Under the pieces are notes generated by a model. It made no database searches, was not told where the DNA came from, and saw only the letters and a program-made list of their open reading frames with translations. From an uncultured Candidatus Saccharibacteria bacterium (GTDB taxonomy: Bacteria > Patescibacteriota > Minisyncoccia > UBA6257 > 02-FULL-45-10c), in NCBI GenBank assembly GCA_964355085.1, contig CAYHBW010000002.1, positions 6 through 64,005 of the forward strand: DNA of 64,000 bases, in the 5' to 3' direction. Below are positions 62,108-64,000 of the stretch, in pieces; position 1 is the first letter of the stretch; each line of letters opens with the position of its first letter. The position numbers were made by a program, and so were the translations under genes.

Positions 62108-64000
62108 CTATAACTGATTCAGGTTGATATCCAGCGAAGTAACCCCGTCCTTCTTGAGTTCTATCGCCGGAGATCGGAAGGCGGTGAATCCGGACTTTGT
62201 GCAGGTCGCGTAATATTTTCCAGGTGCGAGCAGGAAGTTGAACTTTCCTTCCGAGTTGCTGACTTTTGTCGCCAACAAGCGGTTCTTATCTTCGCTGAAT
62301 ATGCGGACTACGGCAAGCGGAATTACGGAATTATCCTTGCTGTTGCGCACGGTTCCGAAAGGTTTGATGAATCGGAATGTGAAATATATCTTAAGCAGAT
62401 CCATAAAGACATAGATCGCCAGAGTTGTGGCATTTATGGAGTTCGGAACCAATAATGTACTGATCAAGCTTAGGCCGGTTCCCATGGCGAGAAGATACGG
62501 ATTGATCGCCTCCAGAATTCTTTTCAAGGCATTGAGTATGTTGATTTTTTTCAAAGCTTCCATGCTTATCATTTCAATCTCCGGCGTCAGGGAGATTTCA
62601 AGATTCAGGATGTCGTCAGCGGAATTTATCACAGTCGTATCGGTCTGCTGCGTCGTGAATCCTGGTTTGGAAATCTTCAGGAAATATCTGCCGGTTCCGA
62701 TCGTTGCCATGAATCTTCCTTCGCTGTCAGTCATCTGGACATCCTTCAATTTATTGAAGTCCGCATCGTATATCTGGATAGTCGCATTTTGCAGCGCGGA
62801 TCCGCTAAGTTTATCCGTAACCCGTCCCCAAGGTTTCTTCCCTTTGAAACGGATGAATCCGAGCAGATAGAATTTTATGAATCCGAGGATGTTCAGGAGC
62901 TCTGTAACATTGAATGCCGCGCTTGCTCCGGCAGTGGAGGCGCTTACGGCCAGGACTCCGGCGCTTGTTGCGGCTGCGGTTACGGCGGCCGGGGCGGCGA
63001 CATTTCTGACGGTTTCAGTTACTGCGATATTTTCCTTGAGACTCTCGACGACTTTCGCCGTTTGTTTGGAGATATTTTTGACAGTATCGCCGAGGACAAA
63101 CCCTTTGGATATTTTTATGTTCACAGTATCATTAGACGGCAAATTCATGGAAGTCCAGGTGATCGGATAAGTATTTCCGATTATCAGGGTTTCTCCATTA
63201 TTCGGGAAAGTCAGCGTGAGTTTTTCATTCGATGCCGCTTGCGCTATGAGAAGTCTCGGCAGCCATGTTGTGATCGGGGAGTTGTTTTCTTGTGCAGATG
63301 CCTGGTTGCTTATGATTCTGAACGGCTGATCAGTGGTGTCCTGTATGCTGGAATTTGATGTGGATATGATTGTCAGATTGTAATTTCCGCCCTCTGTAAT
63401 TTTAAGAAGCGTCAGTCCGGCCTCCGGCTGGATATTATTTCCGATTAGCCAGTCATAGCGGCCGTTATTGGATGTCCCTTGTGTGATATATCCGGTTCCT
63501 GAACTTCCGCTGGATATTCCTTGATAAATTTGGATTACACCGCCGCCGATGGAGTTTGTGATCGATCCGATTCCGGAGCTCACCGCAAATGTCGCTTCGG
63601 TTGTTTGAGAGACCGTCTGGGAAATCGCTTCCGTGATTTGCGATATTGTTTCTGTTATCGCTTCGGCAGTTTCCGTGATTGTTTCTGTTATCGCTTCGGC
63701 AGTTTCCGTGATTGTTTCTGTTATGGTTTCGGTTATCGGTTGCGGGGTCGGCGTAGGTATTGGGGATGGTTCCGGAGTCGGTTCGGGGGTCGGCGTAGGT
63801 TCCGGAGTCGGAGTTGGCGCAGGTTCCGGCGCAGGCGACGGAGCCGGTTCAGGTGATGGCGCAGGCGACGGAGTTGGAGCAGGAGTTGACGGTGATGACG
63901 GACTGCTGCCGCCTCCACCGGACGAACAAGTGCTTGATTCGGGGGTAATGGTGTAAGTTATGGAAGATCCTGGGGACAGGGTGGCGGTTGATTTGTCGGT
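62108..64000 (-). CDS. Large repeat-containing cell-surface protein, N-terminus outside the window. It has a PT/PE-rich linker, 11-aa tandem repeats (ITETITETAEA), two carboxypeptidase-regulatory-like (transthyretin-fold) domains and a TM segment.
   Basis: The frame stays open upstream of the annotated start at 63583 to the window edge. Translation of 63584-63900 gives SPEPAPSPAPEPAPTPTPEP...ITETITETAEAITETITETAEA. The C-terminal half has GRVTDKLSGSALQNATIQIYD...TDSEGRF (CarbopepD_reg-like) motifs twice. Confidence 0.6.
   Translation of the reverse strand, partial: TDKSTATLSPGSSITYTITPESSTCSSGGGGSSPSSPSTPAPTPSPAPSPEPAPSPAPEPAPTPTPEPTPTPEPTPEPSPIPTPTPQPITETITETITETAEAITETITETAEAITETISQITEAISQTVSQTTEATFAVSSGIGSITNSIGGGVIQIYQGISSGSSGTGYITQGTSNNGRYDWLIGNNIQPEAGLTLLKITEGGNYNLTIISTSNSSIQDTTDQPFRIISNQASAQENNSPITTWLPRLLIAQAASNEKLTLTFPNNGETLIIGNTYPITWTSMNLPSNDTVNIKISKGFVLGDTVKNISKQTAKVVESLKENIAVTETVRNVAAPAAVTAAATSAGVLAVSASTAGASAAFNVTELLNILGFIKFYLLGFIRFKGKKPWGRVTDKLSGSALQNATIQIYDADFNKLKDVQMTDSEGRFMATIGTGRYFLKISKPGFTTQQTDTTVINSADDILNLEISLTPEIEMISMEALKKINILNALKRILEAINPYLLAMGTGLSLISTLLVPNSINATTLAIYVFMDLLKIYFTFRFIKPFGTVRNSKDNSVIPLAVVRIFSEDKNRLLATKVSNSEGKFNFLLAPGKYYATCTKSGFTAFRSPAIELKKDGVTSLDINLNQL
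63626..63740. repeat. 33-bp tandem repeats (about 3.5 units of gtttctgttatcgcttcggcagtttccgtgatt) inside the surface-protein gene. They are followed, from about 63745 to 63900, by a GC-rich degenerate repeat that encodes the PT/PE linker.
   Basis: Seen directly. Units 63648-63680 and 63681-63713 are identical. Confidence 0.85.

Noticed and set aside
63626-63900. Possible CRISPR array, because of regularly spaced direct repeats.
   Set aside because: The repeats are contiguous 33-bp units with no spacers and lie in an open reading frame encoding ITETITETAEA and PT-rich peptide repeats. There are no cas genes adjacent, and the Cas4-like nuclease at 35228 is stand-alone.
1-64000. Alternative genetic code (UGA recoded, as in some CPR lineages).
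   Set aside because: Genes terminate cleanly at TGA (for example tspO at 31768-31770 and the DUF5667 gene at 55944-55946) with the next gene starting immediately after. This is consistent with the standard code.

Overview
This is a gene-dense 64 kb window (about 48% GC, standard genetic code with TGA used as a stop). Its gene content and style suggest a Candidate Phyla Radiation / Patescibacteria (Parcubacteria-like) genome, but that placement is an inference. The pointers are DUF5667 secreted proteins, a PilM-PilN fusion, prepilin-type proteins fused to beta-propellers, a minimal pyruvate kinase, VKOR and short convergent operons. The window opens with a type IV pilus locus: a PilC C-terminus, a 1140-aa pilin-like protein carrying an FN3 domain and two Kelch propellers, an NHL-repeat pilin-like protein, a PilX_N-like protein and a PilM/N fusion. 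The 1140-aa gene contains an exact 927-bp tandem duplication. Housekeeping genes follow: pth, lepB, hisS, a HIT protein, rpsU, yqeY, ybeY-ftsA-ftsZ and a class II ribonucleotide reductase. Next is a signalling and accessory stretch with three PAS-only paralogs that share a conserved C-terminal motif, greA, tRNA-Asn(GUU) and an RRM protein. After that come a HlyD adaptor plus a split MacB-like ABC exporter, dinB, tspO, a GNAT enzyme, msrB, a thioredoxin-like protein and lexA with a CTGT-N8-ACAG box. A 291-bp noncoding element bounded by a 19-bp inverted repeat sits just upstream of a Cas4-like nuclease. A copper-handling neighbourhood contains cupredoxins, an HMA-permease, CopA and VKOR, and has a GC-rich ORF of atypical composition embedded in it that is driven by a perfect sigma70 consensus promoter. 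The window ends with tgt-queA, a DUF5667-Kazal secreted protein, gpmI, a minimal pyruvate kinase, eno, and a surface protein that runs off the window edge and carries a PT-rich linker and tandem repeats. No CRISPR array, rRNA or clear transposase was found. Several intrinsic terminators and unusual intergenic repeats were noted.
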